64,000 nucleotides of DNA from assembly GCA_959600635.1 (NCBI GenBank), contig CAUGMN010000001.1:17854-81853 (forward strand), read 5' to 3'. The position numbers were made by a program, and so were the translations under genes. This document shows positions 1 through 10,200 of the stretch, piece after piece. Origin of the DNA: an uncultured Eubacteriales bacterium (GTDB taxonomy: Bacteria > Bacillota > Clostridia > Oscillospirales > QAMX01). Each line of letters begins with the position of its first letter. Position 1 is the stretch's first letter. The notes under the pieces were generated by a model. The model made no database searches, was not told where the DNA came from, and saw nothing but the letters and a program-made list of their open reading frames with translations.

Positions 1-1053
1 GTAGCGCCGCTCCATTTCCTTTCGCTCCGGCTCGTGCTCAATCCAGTAGTCGATGCGCTCCGCCAGCTTGGCGCTGTCGCCGGCGGCGAAAAGACTGCGC
101 TCGTCGAGCGCAAACTGAGGCGTGGCGCTCTTCGGGCTGTCGGCAATCACCGGAACGAGCCCGCAGGCGAACGCCTCCATACAGCTCATGGCTTCGATTT
201 CCATGTCGGCCGCGTGGACGTAGAGGTCGCTCATGGCGATCAGGTCGAGCAGCTCGGGCTTTGAATAAAAGCCGAAGCGAACGGGCACGCCGAGTTTTTC
301 CGCCAGCTTTTCGAGCGCCTCGCGGCGCGGCCCCTTGCCGGCGAGCACGAGCTGAATGCCGCCGCGGTGCTTTGAGCGCGCAACGGCCTCGATCAGCACG
401 TCCTGCCGCTTTTCAATCGACAGCCGCCCGATCATCAAAACCACGAATTTCCCGGCCAGCGTCTCGTCCTTTGGCAGCTTTCGGTAGGTAAAATCGGGGT
501 CGATGCCGTTGGAGATCACGTGCAGCTGGCCGGTATAGCCGTGCTTGCGCAGCTCGCCGGCGATAAACTCGCTCGGGCAGTGGATATGCTCGCAGTTTTT
601 ATAGACGTAATAGTGAAACCAGTGGTAGATGCCGGAGTTGACCCAGTTGACGTTGCCGAGGCGAATCGACGAGGAGACGTTTTCCGGCTGAACGTGGAAG
701 GCCGCCGTAAAGGGCTTTTTGAGGCGCTCGGCGATCTGAATCCCATGATGCGTCAGCGCAAACGGCACGAGAAAGTGAACCACATCCGCCCACTGAATGC
801 CCTCTTCCAGCAGCCTGACATCGGCCTTGGCGAAGGTCATGCCCTGCGCGGTCACGAGCCGGTCGAAAATCGGGATGTACTGCTTTTCCATCAGATAAGC
901 GGTTTCGCCCTCGGGCAGACGCTCCGGGTCGCCGGTCGAGGCAATGCGCACCTCATGGCCGTGCCGGCGCAGCACCTCGGCAAACCGCCGCGCTGAAATC
1001 GTCATGCCGTTGTTGGCGGCGTAAAACTGGTCGATGACCATCAGAATTTTCAT
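1..1053 (-). CDS. Glycosyltransferase family 4 (GT-B fold); C-terminus runs off the window start
   Basis: Absent from the ORF track because there is no stop in the window. Manual reverse translation from the ATG (complement of 1051-1053) gives MKILMVIDQFYAANNGMTISARRFAEVLRRHGHEVRIAS...FVVLMIGRLSIEKRQDVLIEAV...EIEAMSCMEAFACGLVPVIADS. This shows a GT4-type N-terminal start and an E-x7-E motif. GGAGG lies about 8 nt upstream. Confidence 0.8.
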   Translation of the reverse strand, partial: MKILMVIDQFYAANNGMTISARRFAEVLRRHGHEVRIASTGDPERLPEGETAYLMEKQYIPIFDRLVTAQGMTFAKADVRLLEEGIQWADVVHFLVPFALTHHGIQIAERLKKPFTAAFHVQPENVSSSIRLGNVNWVNSGIYHWFHYYVYKNCEHIHCPSEFIAGELRKHGYTGQLHVISNGIDPDFTYRKLPKDETLAGKFVVLMIGRLSIEKRQDVLIEAVARSKHRGGIQLVLAGKGPRREALEKLAEKLGVPVRFGFYSKPELLDLIAMSDLYVHAADMEIEAMSCMEAFACGLVPVIADSPKSATPQFALDERSLFAAGDSAKLAERIDYWIEHEPERKEMERRY

Positions 1054-1251
1054 TTTCAAGCCTCCGAAAAGCGGATTTGGGTGTCGAAAAACGGCCGGGA
1101 GGAAATCGGGCGTTCAGCGAGACAGAGCCTGCGCTTTTTTGCCGCGCGGAGAGAGAGGGTTCAAAACGGCGCGGCTTCTGCGGACGGGAAAAGATCTCCG
1201 GGGGAAAGGCGGCGGGCCGCCCTGCGAGCGGGCGGTATGCGTTTCCGCCGG

Positions 1252-2232
1252 TCACCCGTCCGCGCGGTTCTTGGCCGCAAAAGGCTCCAAAAAGCGCAGG
1301 ATATCGGCGTAGACGCGCCGCTTTCCGGTTTCAAACAGAATCTCGTGGCGCATCCCCCTGAACAGCCGGCAGGTTACGTTCCGATAGCCCGCCGCGCGCA
1401 TACGCTTTGCGGCGTCGAGAAAGCGCCGGCGGCTGCCGAGGCATACGTCGTCGGCGCCGGAGAGAAAGCGGACGGGCAGCTCCGGCGCTGCTGCGGAGCC
1501 GCGCGGCATCCGGTAGGCGGCGTTCATCAGCCACAGCAGCGACTGATAGCCGTTGAGCGTGAAAGAAAACGTGCAGAGCGGGTCGGCGTTGTGCGCCTCG
1601 ACGACGGAACGGTCGGAGCAGATCCACGAATACGGCAGATTTTCGCCGCGGAAACGCCGCTCAAACGCGGCGCTGAAAGCGCTGTCGAGCCGTTGGCTGC
1701 GCCAATGGCCGCCCCTTTGGCCGGCCGCCTGCTCCAAGACCCTTTCCGCCGCCGCGAGGCCGGCGCGCCGGCTCGGCGACCCGCTGAGAATCAGCGCGTC
1801 AAGGCCGGCTCCGTAGCGCTGGACATAGGCGCGCGCGGCCAGCGAACCCATGCTGTGGCCGAGCAGAAAAAAGGGGAGCGCGCCGAAGCGCTCTTTGGCC
1901 CACCCCGTGACCTGAAAGAGATCCCGAACCAGCGCTTCGCCGCCGTTTTCGCCGAAATAGCCGAGATCGTCCGGCGAAGCGACGCTTTCCCCGTGACCGC
2001 GGTGATCGTGAATCACGCAGACGAAGCCCTTGGCCGCCATCCAGCGCATGAACGGCAGATAGCGCTCCTTGTGCTCGATCATGCCGTGTGAAATTTGCAG
2101 AACCGCCGCGGGTTCGGCCTCCGCGGGGCGCACGGCGAGTCCGTGAAGAATCAGCCCGTCCTGCCCGGAGCGGACGGCGAAGCGTTCCTCAACGGCGCGG
2201 CGCGCCCGGCATGGTTCAGCCGCGTATTTCAT
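1252..2232 (-). CDS. Alpha/beta hydrolase (lysophospholipase / monoacylglycerol-lipase-like)
   Basis: 326-aa ORF with HGMIEHKERY...HDHRGHGES and the nucleophile elbow GHSMGS, typical of the Hydrolase_4 / serine aminopeptidase S33 fold. Confidence 0.8.
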   Translation of the reverse strand: MKYAAEPCRARRAVEERFAVRSGQDGLILHGLAVRPAEAEPAAVLQISHGMIEHKERYLPFMRWMAAKGFVCVIHDHRGHGESVASPDDLGYFGENGGEALVRDLFQVTGWAKERFGALPFFLLGHSMGSLAARAYVQRYGAGLDALILSGSPSRRAGLAAAERVLEQAAGQRGGHWRSQRLDSAFSAAFERRFRGENLPYSWICSDRSVVEAHNADPLCTFSFTLNGYQSLLWLMNAAYRMPRGSAAAPELPVRFLSGADDVCLGSRRRFLDAAKRMRAAGYRNVTCRLFRGMRHEILFETGKRRVYADILRFLEPFAAKNRADG

Positions 2233-2791
2233 AGTCCACCTCGATGCCCTTCTTGCGCTCGACGACCTTGACGGTATAGGCGGTAATACAGATGTTCAAA
2301 AGGCCGTCAAGCATCAGCGAGACGCCCAGGAAGACGACCAACAGCCGCGCGCCTTCAAAGGGGTCGAGCACGAGCAGCAGGCCGAACAGCCCCGACAGGA
2401 TGGCGCCGATGAAAATCGCCCACCACTTGCGCAGCCCGAAGCGGCGCGCGTCGAACGCGGTCTGCAATTTGAAAACGCTGTCGACGATGATATACACGCC
2501 GGTCAGCGCGGGCACAAAGGCGATCACGCCGCCGGGCCGCGTCAGCAGGACGACGCCGAGCACGATGGTAAAAATGCCGAGCGCCAGGTCGAACTGAAAG
2601 GCCAGCCGGTAGATGTCGTTGGAAAAATAGCCGATCAGCTTGGCGACGCCGACGAGCACGCAGATGCCGCCGACGAGCCAGCAGATCAGCCGGGCGGAGG
2701 CCGAGGGCCAGACGGCGAGGCATAAGCCCACGCCGAAGAGAATGGCCGAGATGACGATGTGCGTGAGCTTGGCTCTTTTGACGATGTTCAT
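2216..2791 (-). CDS. HdeD/DUF308 family membrane protein
   Basis: 191 aa with about 6 TM segments and repeated G-rich helices (ILFGVGLCLAVWP..., LVGVAKLIGYF). This matches the HdeD/DUF308 pattern. It overlaps the downstream hydrolase start by 17 nt. Confidence 0.7.
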   Translation of the reverse strand: MNIVKRAKLTHIVISAILFGVGLCLAVWPSASARLICWLVGGICVLVGVAKLIGYFSNDIYRLAFQFDLALGIFTIVLGVVLLTRPGGVIAFVPALTGVYIIVDSVFKLQTAFDARRFGLRKWWAIFIGAILSGLFGLLLVLDPFEGARLLVVFLGVSLMLDGLLNICITAYTVKVVERKKGIEVDYEIRG

Positions 2792-2928
2792 AACGGAGAC
2801 CTTCCTTTCAGGGCGGTTCGCCGCGCGGCGGACCGCTTTTCTGTATCCGATCGGGAAAATGTGCGGGGAAAGCGGGATACGGCGCGAAGAGACGAGTCTG
2901 CCGTCCGGCCTTGTTGGGCGGCGCTCAG

Positions 2929-5778
2929 TCAGTCGTTGGCTTTCATGGATTTTGCCATGTCGATTTTTTTCAGCCGCGGCAGCATGATCAGGTCGACGAG
3001 GACGGTAAACACAACCGTCACCAGCGCCGCGAACAGAAGGCTGCGCGCGCTCAGCGAGCGGCCGAACATCACCGCGTCCACCTCGGCGGTTCGCACGACG
3101 AAGGCGTGCAGCCAGACGCCGAAGACAAAGCCCGCGAGAATGCCGAGAAGGGCTAAAATCGAGGTCTCGCGGTAGATATAGGCGGCGACCTCGTTTTCGT
3201 GAAAACCGAGCACCTTGATGGTCGCCAGCTCCTTTTCCCGCTCGCAGATGTTGATGTTGGTGAGATTGTAGAGCACGATCACCGCCAGCGCGCCGGCCGC
3301 TATAATCAGCACCACGACGATGGAATCGATGCTTTTGACCGTGTTTTCAAAGCTCTCGCGGATGGTCTGCGAGAACTGCGCCAGCAGCACCCTGTCGCTT
3401 TGCAGGATGTCCGTTGAAAGCGCGTCGCGCGCCTCCGGGCTCTCGTCGGTCACGGTGACGAGCGCGAGCTTATACTCCGGCGTTTCGCCGAACGCCTGGC
3501 GGTAGACCTCGGCGGGGAGGAATACATAGCCGGTGACGTAGTTTTCCGCGATTCCGCTCACGGTCAGCGCCGCGGTTCTGCCGTCCGCGTTCTCGACGGA
3601 AACCGTGTCGCCGACGGAGACGTTTAGCTGCTCGCACAGCTTCTCGGTCAGCACGACGCTCGACTCTCCAAACGGCACGTCCGCGCCGCTTTTCCGCTCG
3701 CGCAGGACGATGTTTTTCTTCAATTCTCCGGTATTTTTCGGCACACAGAGCGAGATCCGCTGTTTTTCGCCGTTGGCCGAAACCTGCGCGCTCTCGCTGT
3801 GAACCAACGCGCTGGACGTGACCCGCTCCGTGTCCGCGAGGCAGGCTTTGAGAATTTCGTCCGTCTCGGTCGCGCTGTCCTCGGAGAGATACAGCGACAG
3901 GTTGTAGCGGTACAGCTCGCCGAACTGCTTGTCGACGATGTCGTGGATGGAATCGCGCAGGCCGAAAGCGGTGACGAGCAGAGCCGTGCAGCCGGCGATG
4001 CCGAAAACGGTCATAAACAGCCGCTTTTTATAGCGGAAAATGTTGCGCGCCGTGACCTTTTTGATAAAGCCCATGCGGCGCCAGACAAAGCCGGCCCGTT
4101 CCAGCAGGATCCGCTTGCCCGACTTGGGCGCGCGCGGCAGCAAAAGCGCCGCCGGCCTTTCCGAGAGCTGCGCCAGGCAGGCAAACAGCGTCGCCGCCGT
4201 GGTGCAGGCCACGGAAATCGGGACGATCAGCGCCGCATAGCCCCAGTAAAAGTCGGTAATCGCCGCCGGAAGCGTGTACATCATGCCGTAGACGTTGGAG
4301 ATGACGGCCGGCAGCGTGTAGAAACCGAGCACGACGCCGATCACGCTGCCGCCAAGGCTTGCCAGCACGCTGTACCCGATATAATAGAGGAGGATTTTCG
4401 CTTTGGAATAGCCGAGGGCTTTGAGCGTGCCGATCTGGACGCGCTCCTCCTCGACCATGCGCGTCATCGTCGTCAGCGCGACGAGCGCGGCGACGAGGAA
4501 GAAAAACACCGGAAAGACCTTGGCGATCGCCGCTATTTTTTCGGTGTTGCCCTCGTAGCTGACAAAGCTGACGGTGTCGCGCCGGTCGCTGACAAACCAT
4601 TCGGGCAAAGCGAGCGCGGCCAGCGCCTCCTCGGCTTCTTCGATCTCTTTCAGCGCGCCGGAGAATTCCTGCTCCGCCTGAGCGGCGCTGTCGAGGTAGG
4701 CGGCTTCGCTCTCCGCCAGCGTTTGCCGCCGGGCGTAAAGCTCCGCTTCCGCGCCGTCGAGCTCCGCCGCCGCGGCCTCATATTGGGCGGCGGGGAGGAG
4801 CGGCCGCATGTTTTCCAGCTCGGCGCGCTTTGCTTCCAGCGCCTGCTCCGCTTCGGCTAAGGCGGCGCGGCCCTCGTCGAGCCGGCGCTTTGCCTCGCCG
4901 AGCTCGCGCTCGGCGTCGGCTCTGCCCGCCTCGTATTCGGCGCGCGCATCCTCAATCTCCGCGGCGGCTTTTTGGCGCTGCTCCTCAAAGCGCGCCTGCG
5001 CGCGCTCCGAACCGAGCTGTTCAACCGCCGCTGTCTGCGCGTCGATCAGAGCGCCGTAATCGTCGGAAAAGGTGTTCAGCGCCGCAGCGCCGGAGACGGT
5101 CAGAAACGCGTCGGTATAGACGCCGAGCGCATAGCATTCCGGGAAAACGTACATCACCAAGCCCACGCTGCCGCTGCCGGCCGTGCTCGGCTCGCTCTCG
5201 ATGGACATATACTGCGGCGCGTCGACGATGCCGACGACGGTCAGCGCTTCAAACGCATAGGTCTCGGCGCGCGCTTCATAGTTTTTGTTGTCCTTGGAAA
5301 TCGTATAGGTTTCGCCGATGCGGTGCTGGGAGCCGTAGGTGTTGGGCGAGGCGATCAGGCATTCGCCGGGGTTCTCCGGCAGACGCCCCTCGACAAGCCG
5401 GAAGCCGTTGATCAGGCTGTCGGGCCGGGCGAGGTCGACGCCGTAGAGGCGGGTGACAAAGCTGCCGTTCGCCGACTCCATGATCAGGTCGCTGGTAAAA
5501 CAGGGCATCACCGCCTCAACGCCGTCCAGCCCTGCCAGCGCGGCGGCGTCCGCCTCGTCGAGCCCCCACGTGCTGCGGATTTGCAGGTCGAAGAGCCGGT
5601 AATCGTCGTAGTATTGGTCGGCGGTGCGCTGCATGTCGGGCTTGGTGGCGAGCAGGCCGGCCAGAAAACCGCTGCCGACCATGACGATGCCCATAATCGA
5701 GAGGAAGCGCGTCAGCGAACCGCGTATGCCGCGGCGGACGAGCTTTCCGTAGGTCCGGTTCAGCATATTACCACTCAA
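2929..5778 (-). CDS. ABC transporter permease, FtsX/MacB-like, with a long Ala/Glu-rich coiled-coil insert
   Basis: 949 aa with two FtsX-type 4-TM modules (N-terminal TM, central and C-terminal TM bundles). An extracytoplasmic coiled coil reads AEIEDARAEYEAGRADAERELGEAKRRLDEGRAALAEAEQALEAKRAELE. Overlaps the ATPase gene stop by 11 nt. Confidence 0.85.
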   Translation of the reverse strand: MSGNMLNRTYGKLVRRGIRGSLTRFLSIMGIVMVGSGFLAGLLATKPDMQRTADQYYDDYRLFDLQIRSTWGLDEADAAALAGLDGVEAVMPCFTSDLIMESANGSFVTRLYGVDLARPDSLINGFRLVEGRLPENPGECLIASPNTYGSQHRIGETYTISKDNKNYEARAETYAFEALTVVGIVDAPQYMSIESEPSTAGSGSVGLVMYVFPECYALGVYTDAFLTVSGAAALNTFSDDYGALIDAQTAAVEQLGSERAQARFEEQRQKAAAEIEDARAEYEAGRADAERELGEAKRRLDEGRAALAEAEQALEAKRAELENMRPLLPAAQYEAAAAELDGAEAELYARRQTLAESEAAYLDSAAQAEQEFSGALKEIEEAEEALAALALPEWFVSDRRDTVSFVSYEGNTEKIAAIAKVFPVFFFLVAALVALTTMTRMVEEERVQIGTLKALGYSKAKILLYYIGYSVLASLGGSVIGVVLGFYTLPAVISNVYGMMYTLPAAITDFYWGYAALIVPISVACTTAATLFACLAQLSERPAALLLPRAPKSGKRILLERAGFVWRRMGFIKKVTARNIFRYKKRLFMTVFGIAGCTALLVTAFGLRDSIHDIVDKQFGELYRYNLSLYLSEDSATETDEILKACLADTERVTSSALVHSESAQVSANGEKQRISLCVPKNTGELKKNIVLRERKSGADVPFGESSVVLTEKLCEQLNVSVGDTVSVENADGRTAALTVSGIAENYVTGYVFLPAEVYRQAFGETPEYKLALVTVTDESPEARDALSTDILQSDRVLLAQFSQTIRESFENTVKSIDSIVVVLIIAAGALAVIVLYNLTNINICEREKELATIKVLGFHENEVAAYIYRETSILALLGILAGFVFGVWLHAFVVRTAEVDAVMFGRSLSARSLLFAALVTVVFTVLVDLIMLPRLKKIDMAKSMKAND

Positions 5779-6469
5779 TCTCCTCGACCGGCAGCGGCCG
5801 CTCGTTGACCTGCACCTTTGTCACCGTGCCGTTTTTGATGTGGACGACGCGGTCGGCCATCTGCGTCAGCGCGCTGTTGTGCGTGATGATGACGACGGTT
5901 TTGCCGGTTTGGCGGCAGGTGTCCTGCAACAGTTTCAGGATGGTCTTGCCGGTATGATAGTCCAGCGCGCCCGTCGGCTCGTCGCAGAGAACGATTTTCG
6001 GGTTTTTCGCCAGCGCCCGCGCGATGGAGACGCGCTGCTGCTCGCCGCCGGAGAGCTGGGCGGGAAAATTTCCGGCCCGTTCGGCAAGGCCGACTGCGGC
6101 GAGCACCTCGCGCGCGTCCAGCGGTTCGCGGCAGATCTCCGACGCCAGCTCGACGTTTTCCAGCGCGGTCAGGTTCTGCACAAGGTTGTAAAACTGAAAG
6201 ACAAAGCCCACGTCGTAGCGGCGGTAATCGGTCAGCTCGCGCTGCGAGAGCGCGCTGATCCGGCGGCCGTCGAGCGTGATCTCGCCCTCGTCGCAGCCGT
6301 CCATGCCGCCGAGGATGTTTAAAAGCGTCGTCTTGCCCGCGCCGCTCGGCCCGACGACGACGCAGAGCTCGCCCTTGGCGATCTCAAAGCTGATGTGGTC
6401 GGCGGCGGCGATGGTCTGCTCGCCCATCGTATAATATTTGCAGACGTTTTTGAATTCGATATAGGCCAT
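5768..6469 (-). CDS. ABC transporter ATP-binding protein (MacB/LolD-like)
   Basis: Walker [10 protein letters not shown], signature LSGGEQQRV, Walker B IVLCDEPT. The track ORF (to 6640) is over-extended. [13 protein letters not shown] starts at the ATG at 6469, with AAAGGAAAC upstream. Confidence 0.9.
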   Translation of the reverse strand: MAYIEFKNVCKYYTMGEQTIAAADHISFEIAKGELCVVVGPSGAGKTTLLNILGGMDGCDEGEITLDGRRISALSQRELTDYRRYDVGFVFQFYNLVQNLTALENVELASEICREPLDAREVLAAVGLAERAGNFPAQLSGGEQQRVSIARALAKNPKIVLCDEPTGALDYHTGKTILKLLQDTCRQTGKTVVIITHNSALTQMADRVVHIKNGTVTKVQVNERPLPVEEIEW

Positions 6470-6635
6470 AACGGTTTCCTTTCGCCGGCTTTGGCGGCAG
6501 ACGGCTTCTGCAACCGGGACAGGGGAACGGCCGCGCGGCTGCGGAGCTTTACCGCCGGAAAGGGCCGGCGGCCGCCTGAAAAACAGAGCCGTCTCATTTT
6601 CTCTATGATACCATAGCCCTGCCGCCGCCGCTACG

Positions 6636-6684
6636 GACAAATACGGCGCGATGCCTAAAAACTAGACATCGCGCCGTATTTGTC
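6636..6684. other. Perfect 18-bp-stem hairpin between tetR and the ABC genes
   Basis: GACAAATACGGCGCGATG (6636-6653) and CATCGCGCCGTATTTGTC (6667-6684) are exact reverse complements, separated by a 13-nt loop. A T-run (TGATTTTGG) follows only on the + strand. Confidence 0.6.
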
Positions 6685-6715
6685 TGATTTTGGCGGGCGG
6701 AAAGAGCCGGCCGCC

Positions 6716-7282
6716 TTAGGACTCCCCGGGGCGGGCGGCTTTTTCCAGCGCGGCGCGGAGGCTGCTCGCAAAGAAAACCTGCAGCTTTTGAGTGATGTTC
6801 TCCGGATCGTCCTCCATGCCGCTTTTCAGCCATTCGATAATCAGGCCGGCGAGCGCGTGCTTATAAAAGTGGACGATAAAGGTTTTGTCGCCGTCCGTCA
6901 CGTCGAGGCCCTCGGCCTCCCGCTCCACATATTGCTTCATAAAGGTTTCCGTCACCTCGTACAGATACGCTTCCAGATACGCGCGGCACGAGGAGTTATA
7001 GATGTGGCCGACGGCCTCTTTGTTTTCGGCGGCGAAGCGCGCCGAGCGGAGAAAGCCCTCGGCCCAGGAGTCATAGGTATACTCCCCGGCGACGCTTTTC
7101 CCCGTCTCAACGCGGAAAAGCTCTTCGGCGAGCGCGTAGATATCCTGAAAATAATAGTAGAACGTGTTGCGGTTGACGCCACAGTCCTCGACGATGTCCT
7201 TGACGGTGATTTTGTCGAGCGGGGTCTTGTTGACAAGCCTGACAAACGAGGCCATGATCGCTTTTTTGGTCAGCTGTGACAC
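6716..7282 (-). CDS. TetR/AcrR family transcriptional regulator
   Basis: SQLTKKAIMASFVRLVNKTPLDKITVKDIVEDCGVNRNTFYYYFQDIYAL is a typical TetR HTH N-terminus. The likely start is the GTG at 7282, preceded by GGAGGGAG. The track start at 7327 is probably too far upstream. Confidence 0.85.
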   Translation of the reverse strand: MSQLTKKAIMASFVRLVNKTPLDKITVKDIVEDCGVNRNTFYYYFQDIYALAEELFRVETGKSVAGEYTYDSWAEGFLRSARFAAENKEAVGHIYNSSCRAYLEAYLYEVTETFMKQYVEREAEGLDVTDGDKTFIVHFYKHALAGLIIEWLKSGMEDDPENITQKLQVFFASSLRAALEKAARPGES

Positions 7283-7393
7283 CGCGGCTCCCTCCATTCG
7301 GCGCTGCAATCCCGTAACCTGCCGCAAACGCCTTTATTATACCATGTTTCTCCATATTTCACAAGCAAAACGCCGCCGCCGGCGAATGGGCGG

Positions 7394-7422
7394 TTGACAA
7401 AACAGGGAAAAAGGATTATAAT
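7394..7422 (+). promoter_or_regulatory. Consensus sigma-A-type promoter upstream of htpG
   Basis: TTGACA (7394-7399), 17-nt spacer, TATAAT (7417-7422). Confidence 0.6.
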
Positions 7423-7493
7423 TACTATTCGTATAAAAATAGGCCCGCGGCTCGCGGGAGCGGATAAAAAAGCAGAAAGGAAGTTTGGCGCAA

Positions 7494-9410
7494 ATGGCGA
7501 AAAAACAGTTTAAAACGGAATCAAAACGGATTCTCGATATGATGATCAACTCCGTCTACACGCACAGGGAGATTTTCCTGCGCGAGCTGATTTCCAACGC
7601 GTCGGACGCGATTGATAAGCTCGCCTACCGGGCTCTGACCGACGAGTCCGTCAAAACGGCGCGGGAGGATTTCAGGATTCAAATCAAGCCCGACAAGGAC
7701 GCGCGCACGCTGACGATCTCCGACAACGGCATCGGCATGTCGGCCGACGAGCTGGAATCCAACCTCGGCGTCATCGCCCGCAGCGGCTCCTATGCCTTCA
7801 AAAACGACCTGACGGACAAGGAAAAAGAGGACAAGACCGTCGAAATCATCGGTCAGTTCGGCGTCGGCTTTTATTCGGCCTTTATGGTCGCCGAAAAGGT
7901 GCGCGTCGTCTCGCGCAAATTCGGCGAGGACACGGCGAACGCATGGGAATCGACCGGCGCGGACGGGTATACCGTCTCGCCTGCCGAGCGCGCCGAAGCG
8001 GGGACGGACGTCATCCTTTTTATCAAGCCCGACACCGAGGACGAGCGCTACGGCGACTATCTCGACACCTATGAATTGAAGCGCATCGTCAAAAAATACT
8101 CCGACTATATCCGCTTCCCCATCGTCATGGACGTGGAAAAATCCCGCCCCGTCGAATCCGGCGAGGTCGATGAGGACGGCAAGAAAAAGACGACCTACGA
8201 GACCTATACCGAGGCCGAGACCGTCAACAGCATGGTGCCGATCTGGCAGCGGCCGAAGTCCGAAGTCAGCGACGAGGACTGCTGCGCTTTTTACAAGGAA
8301 AAATATTACGACAACGAGACGCCGCTCAAAGTCATCCGCATCGAGGCCGAGGGGCTGATCGCGTTCAAGGCGATGCTCTTTATCCCCGCGGCGGTGCCGT
8401 ACGGATACTATACCAAGGATTTTGAAAAGGGCTTGCAGCTCTACTCCAACGGCGTGATGATCATCGACAAATGCGCCGAGCTGCTGCCGGAGCATTTCCG
8501 CTTCGTCAAGGGCGTCGTCGATTCCGATAATCTGTCGCTGAACATCTCGCGCGAGCTGTTGCAGCACGATAAGCAGCTCCGCGTCATCGCCCAGAACATC
8601 GAAAAGCGCATCAAGCGCGAGCTGAAAAAGATGATGGAGGACGAGCCGGAGACCTACGACAAGTTCTATAAGCAATTCGGCTTGCAGCTCAAATACGGCG
8701 TCGTCTCCGATTTCGGCGCGCACCGCGAGCTGCTCTCCGACCTGCTGATGTTCGCCACCGCCAAGTCGGACAAGCTGGTGACGCTCGAGGAATACTGCAA
8801 CGCCATGCCGGAGGAGCAGAAGTATATCTACTACGCCTGCGGCGAGAATATTGCCAAGGTCAGCGCCCTGCCGCAGATCGAGCGCCTGCGCGCCAAGGAT
8901 TTCGACGTTTTGTACATGACCGACGAGGTCGACGAATTCGTCGTCGAGATTCTCGGGCAAATAAATGACAAGCAGTTTAAAAACGTCAGCCGCGACGATC
9001 TGGAACTGGAAACCGAGGAGGAGAAGAAGGAGACCGAGCAGAAGAACGAGGACAACAAGGCGCTGCTCGATTTCGTCAAGGAGACGCTCGGCGGCGAGGT
9101 CTCGGCCGTGCGCATTTCGCATAAGCTGGTGTCGCATCCGGTCTGCTTGACCAGCGAGGGCAGCGTGACGCTGGAAATGGAGAAGTATTTCGCTTCGATC
9201 CCCGGCGAGAACAAGGTCAAGGCGCAGCGCGTGCTCGAACTGAACGGCGACCACGCGGTGTTTGCGCAGCTCAAAAACGCCTTTGAAGCGGATCGGGAGC
9301 TGGCCGCGAAATACGCGAAGATCCTCTATTCGCAGGCGCTGCTCATCGCCGGCTTCCCGCTGGAAGACCCGGCCGGCTATTCCGAGCTGGTCTGCGGCCT
9401 GCTGCGGTAA
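7494..9410 (+). CDS. htpG: Molecular chaperone HtpG (Hsp90)
   Basis: MAKKQFKTESKRILDMMINSVYTHREIFLRELISNASDAIDKL carries the GHKL ATPase signature. The length of about 638 aa fits. The ATG at 7494 sits 10 nt after AGAAAGGAAG, and the track start at 7485 is a TTG directly abutting the RBS. Confidence 0.95.
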   Translation: MAKKQFKTESKRILDMMINSVYTHREIFLRELISNASDAIDKLAYRALTDESVKTAREDFRIQIKPDKDARTLTISDNGIGMSADELESNLGVIARSGSYAFKNDLTDKEKEDKTVEIIGQFGVGFYSAFMVAEKVRVVSRKFGEDTANAWESTGADGYTVSPAERAEAGTDVILFIKPDTEDERYGDYLDTYELKRIVKKYSDYIRFPIVMDVEKSRPVESGEVDEDGKKKTTYETYTEAETVNSMVPIWQRPKSEVSDEDCCAFYKEKYYDNETPLKVIRIEAEGLIAFKAMLFIPAAVPYGYYTKDFEKGLQLYSNGVMIIDKCAELLPEHFRFVKGVVDSDNLSLNISRELLQHDKQLRVIAQNIEKRIKRELKKMMEDEPETYDKFYKQFGLQLKYGVVSDFGAHRELLSDLLMFATAKSDKLVTLEEYCNAMPEEQKYIYYACGENIAKVSALPQIERLRAKDFDVLYMTDEVDEFVVEILGQINDKQFKNVSRDDLELETEEEKKETEQKNEDNKALLDFVKETLGGEVSAVRISHKLVSHPVCLTSEGSVTLEMEKYFASIPGENKVKAQRVLELNGDHAVFAQLKNAFEADRELAAKYAKILYSQALLIAGFPLEDPAGYSELVCGLLR

Positions 9411-9432
9411 AAAAATCAAAAGATCACCAAAA

Positions 9433-9465
9433 GAGCCGCCGGAGTTTTTACTCCGGCGGCTTTTG
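9433..9465 (+). terminator. Rho-independent terminator after htpG
   Basis: GAGCCGCCGGAG / CTCCGGCGGCTT stem followed by TTTTG. Confidence 0.7.
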
Positions 9466-9558
9466 CGAATTACGGAATGACGGGCGACCAAAGAGGTGGA
9501 GAAAAACGCGGGCAAGCGCCTGCGGCTAATCGAGCCGTTTCTGGACAGCCTCAGGCGG

Positions 9559-10200
9559 CTATGACCGAATTTGACCCTGCGCAGCGACGGAGAAGAGCGT
9601 ATAGCCGCCGTCGATTTCGGTCAGCAGCAGCGGACAGGGAGAACCCTGATGGAGCGTTTCATACCAGAGGCCGTCGGACGGAGGACCGATGGGCGCATAG
9701 ACGCCCTCAAAGCGAAACGAGGCGCTGACATACACCAGCCAAGTGTTTCCGGCGATCCATTCAGAATCGGGGAGAAGCCCCCAGTCGGTATCGGGCTGTT
9801 CGCTGACGACAGAGGACGGATAGACCTCGACGGACAGATCCCGGTATTCGGTGAGAAAAAAGGTGCGCGCGGGGTCGGGCTCCGTCTGATCGTCGAGAAA
9901 CATCGCCGCCAGCCGCTCCGCCGCGGCCGTCTCGTCCATGCCGCCGGAGATCGAGTAGGTTTTGGGGTTGGAAAGCGCGGTCGTATAGGCGTCCGCCGCG
10001 GTCTCCCACGTCCCGCGCGCCGTCGATTCCGGCGAGGCGGGAGGCGCGGTCGGCGGCGCGTTTTGCGCCGCCGGATCGGAGCTTGCTGCCGGTGAGGACG
10101 GCTCTGCGGGCATGCCGGACGGGCGTCCCGCCTCTTCGCTTCGGCAGCCCGCCAGCAGCAGCGCGGCGAGCAGCAGCGGCAGCAAAAAACGAATTTTCAT
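9559..10200 (-). CDS. Putative lipoprotein, function unknown
   Basis: MKIRFLLPLLLAALLLAGC gives a signal peptide plus a lipobox (LAGC), followed by a Pro/Ala/Ser-rich linker. I recognise no family. Confidence 0.6.
   Translation of the reverse strand: MKIRFLLPLLLAALLLAGCRSEEAGRPSGMPAEPSSPAASSDPAAQNAPPTAPPASPESTARGTWETAADAYTTALSNPKTYSISGGMDETAAAERLAAMFLDDQTEPDPARTFFLTEYRDLSVEVYPSSVVSEQPDTDWGLLPDSEWIAGNTWLVYVSASFRFEGVYAPIGPPSDGLWYETLHQGSPCPLLLTEIDGGYTLFSVAAQGQIRS

Noticed and set aside
7521-9515. A 664-aa minus-strand ORF opposite htpG. Similar long antisense ORFs occur at 12132-14150(-), 31831-33771(+), 43634-45424(-), 54416-55594(-), 59961-61151(-) and 61272-62846(-).
   Set aside because: Each overlaps a confidently identified gene on the other strand (htpG, pit/DUF47, MATE, feoB, DUF1848, carA, carB). 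Each translates to low-complexity R/A/G/P/D-rich sequence. These are stop-codon-poor antisense frames typical of high GC.
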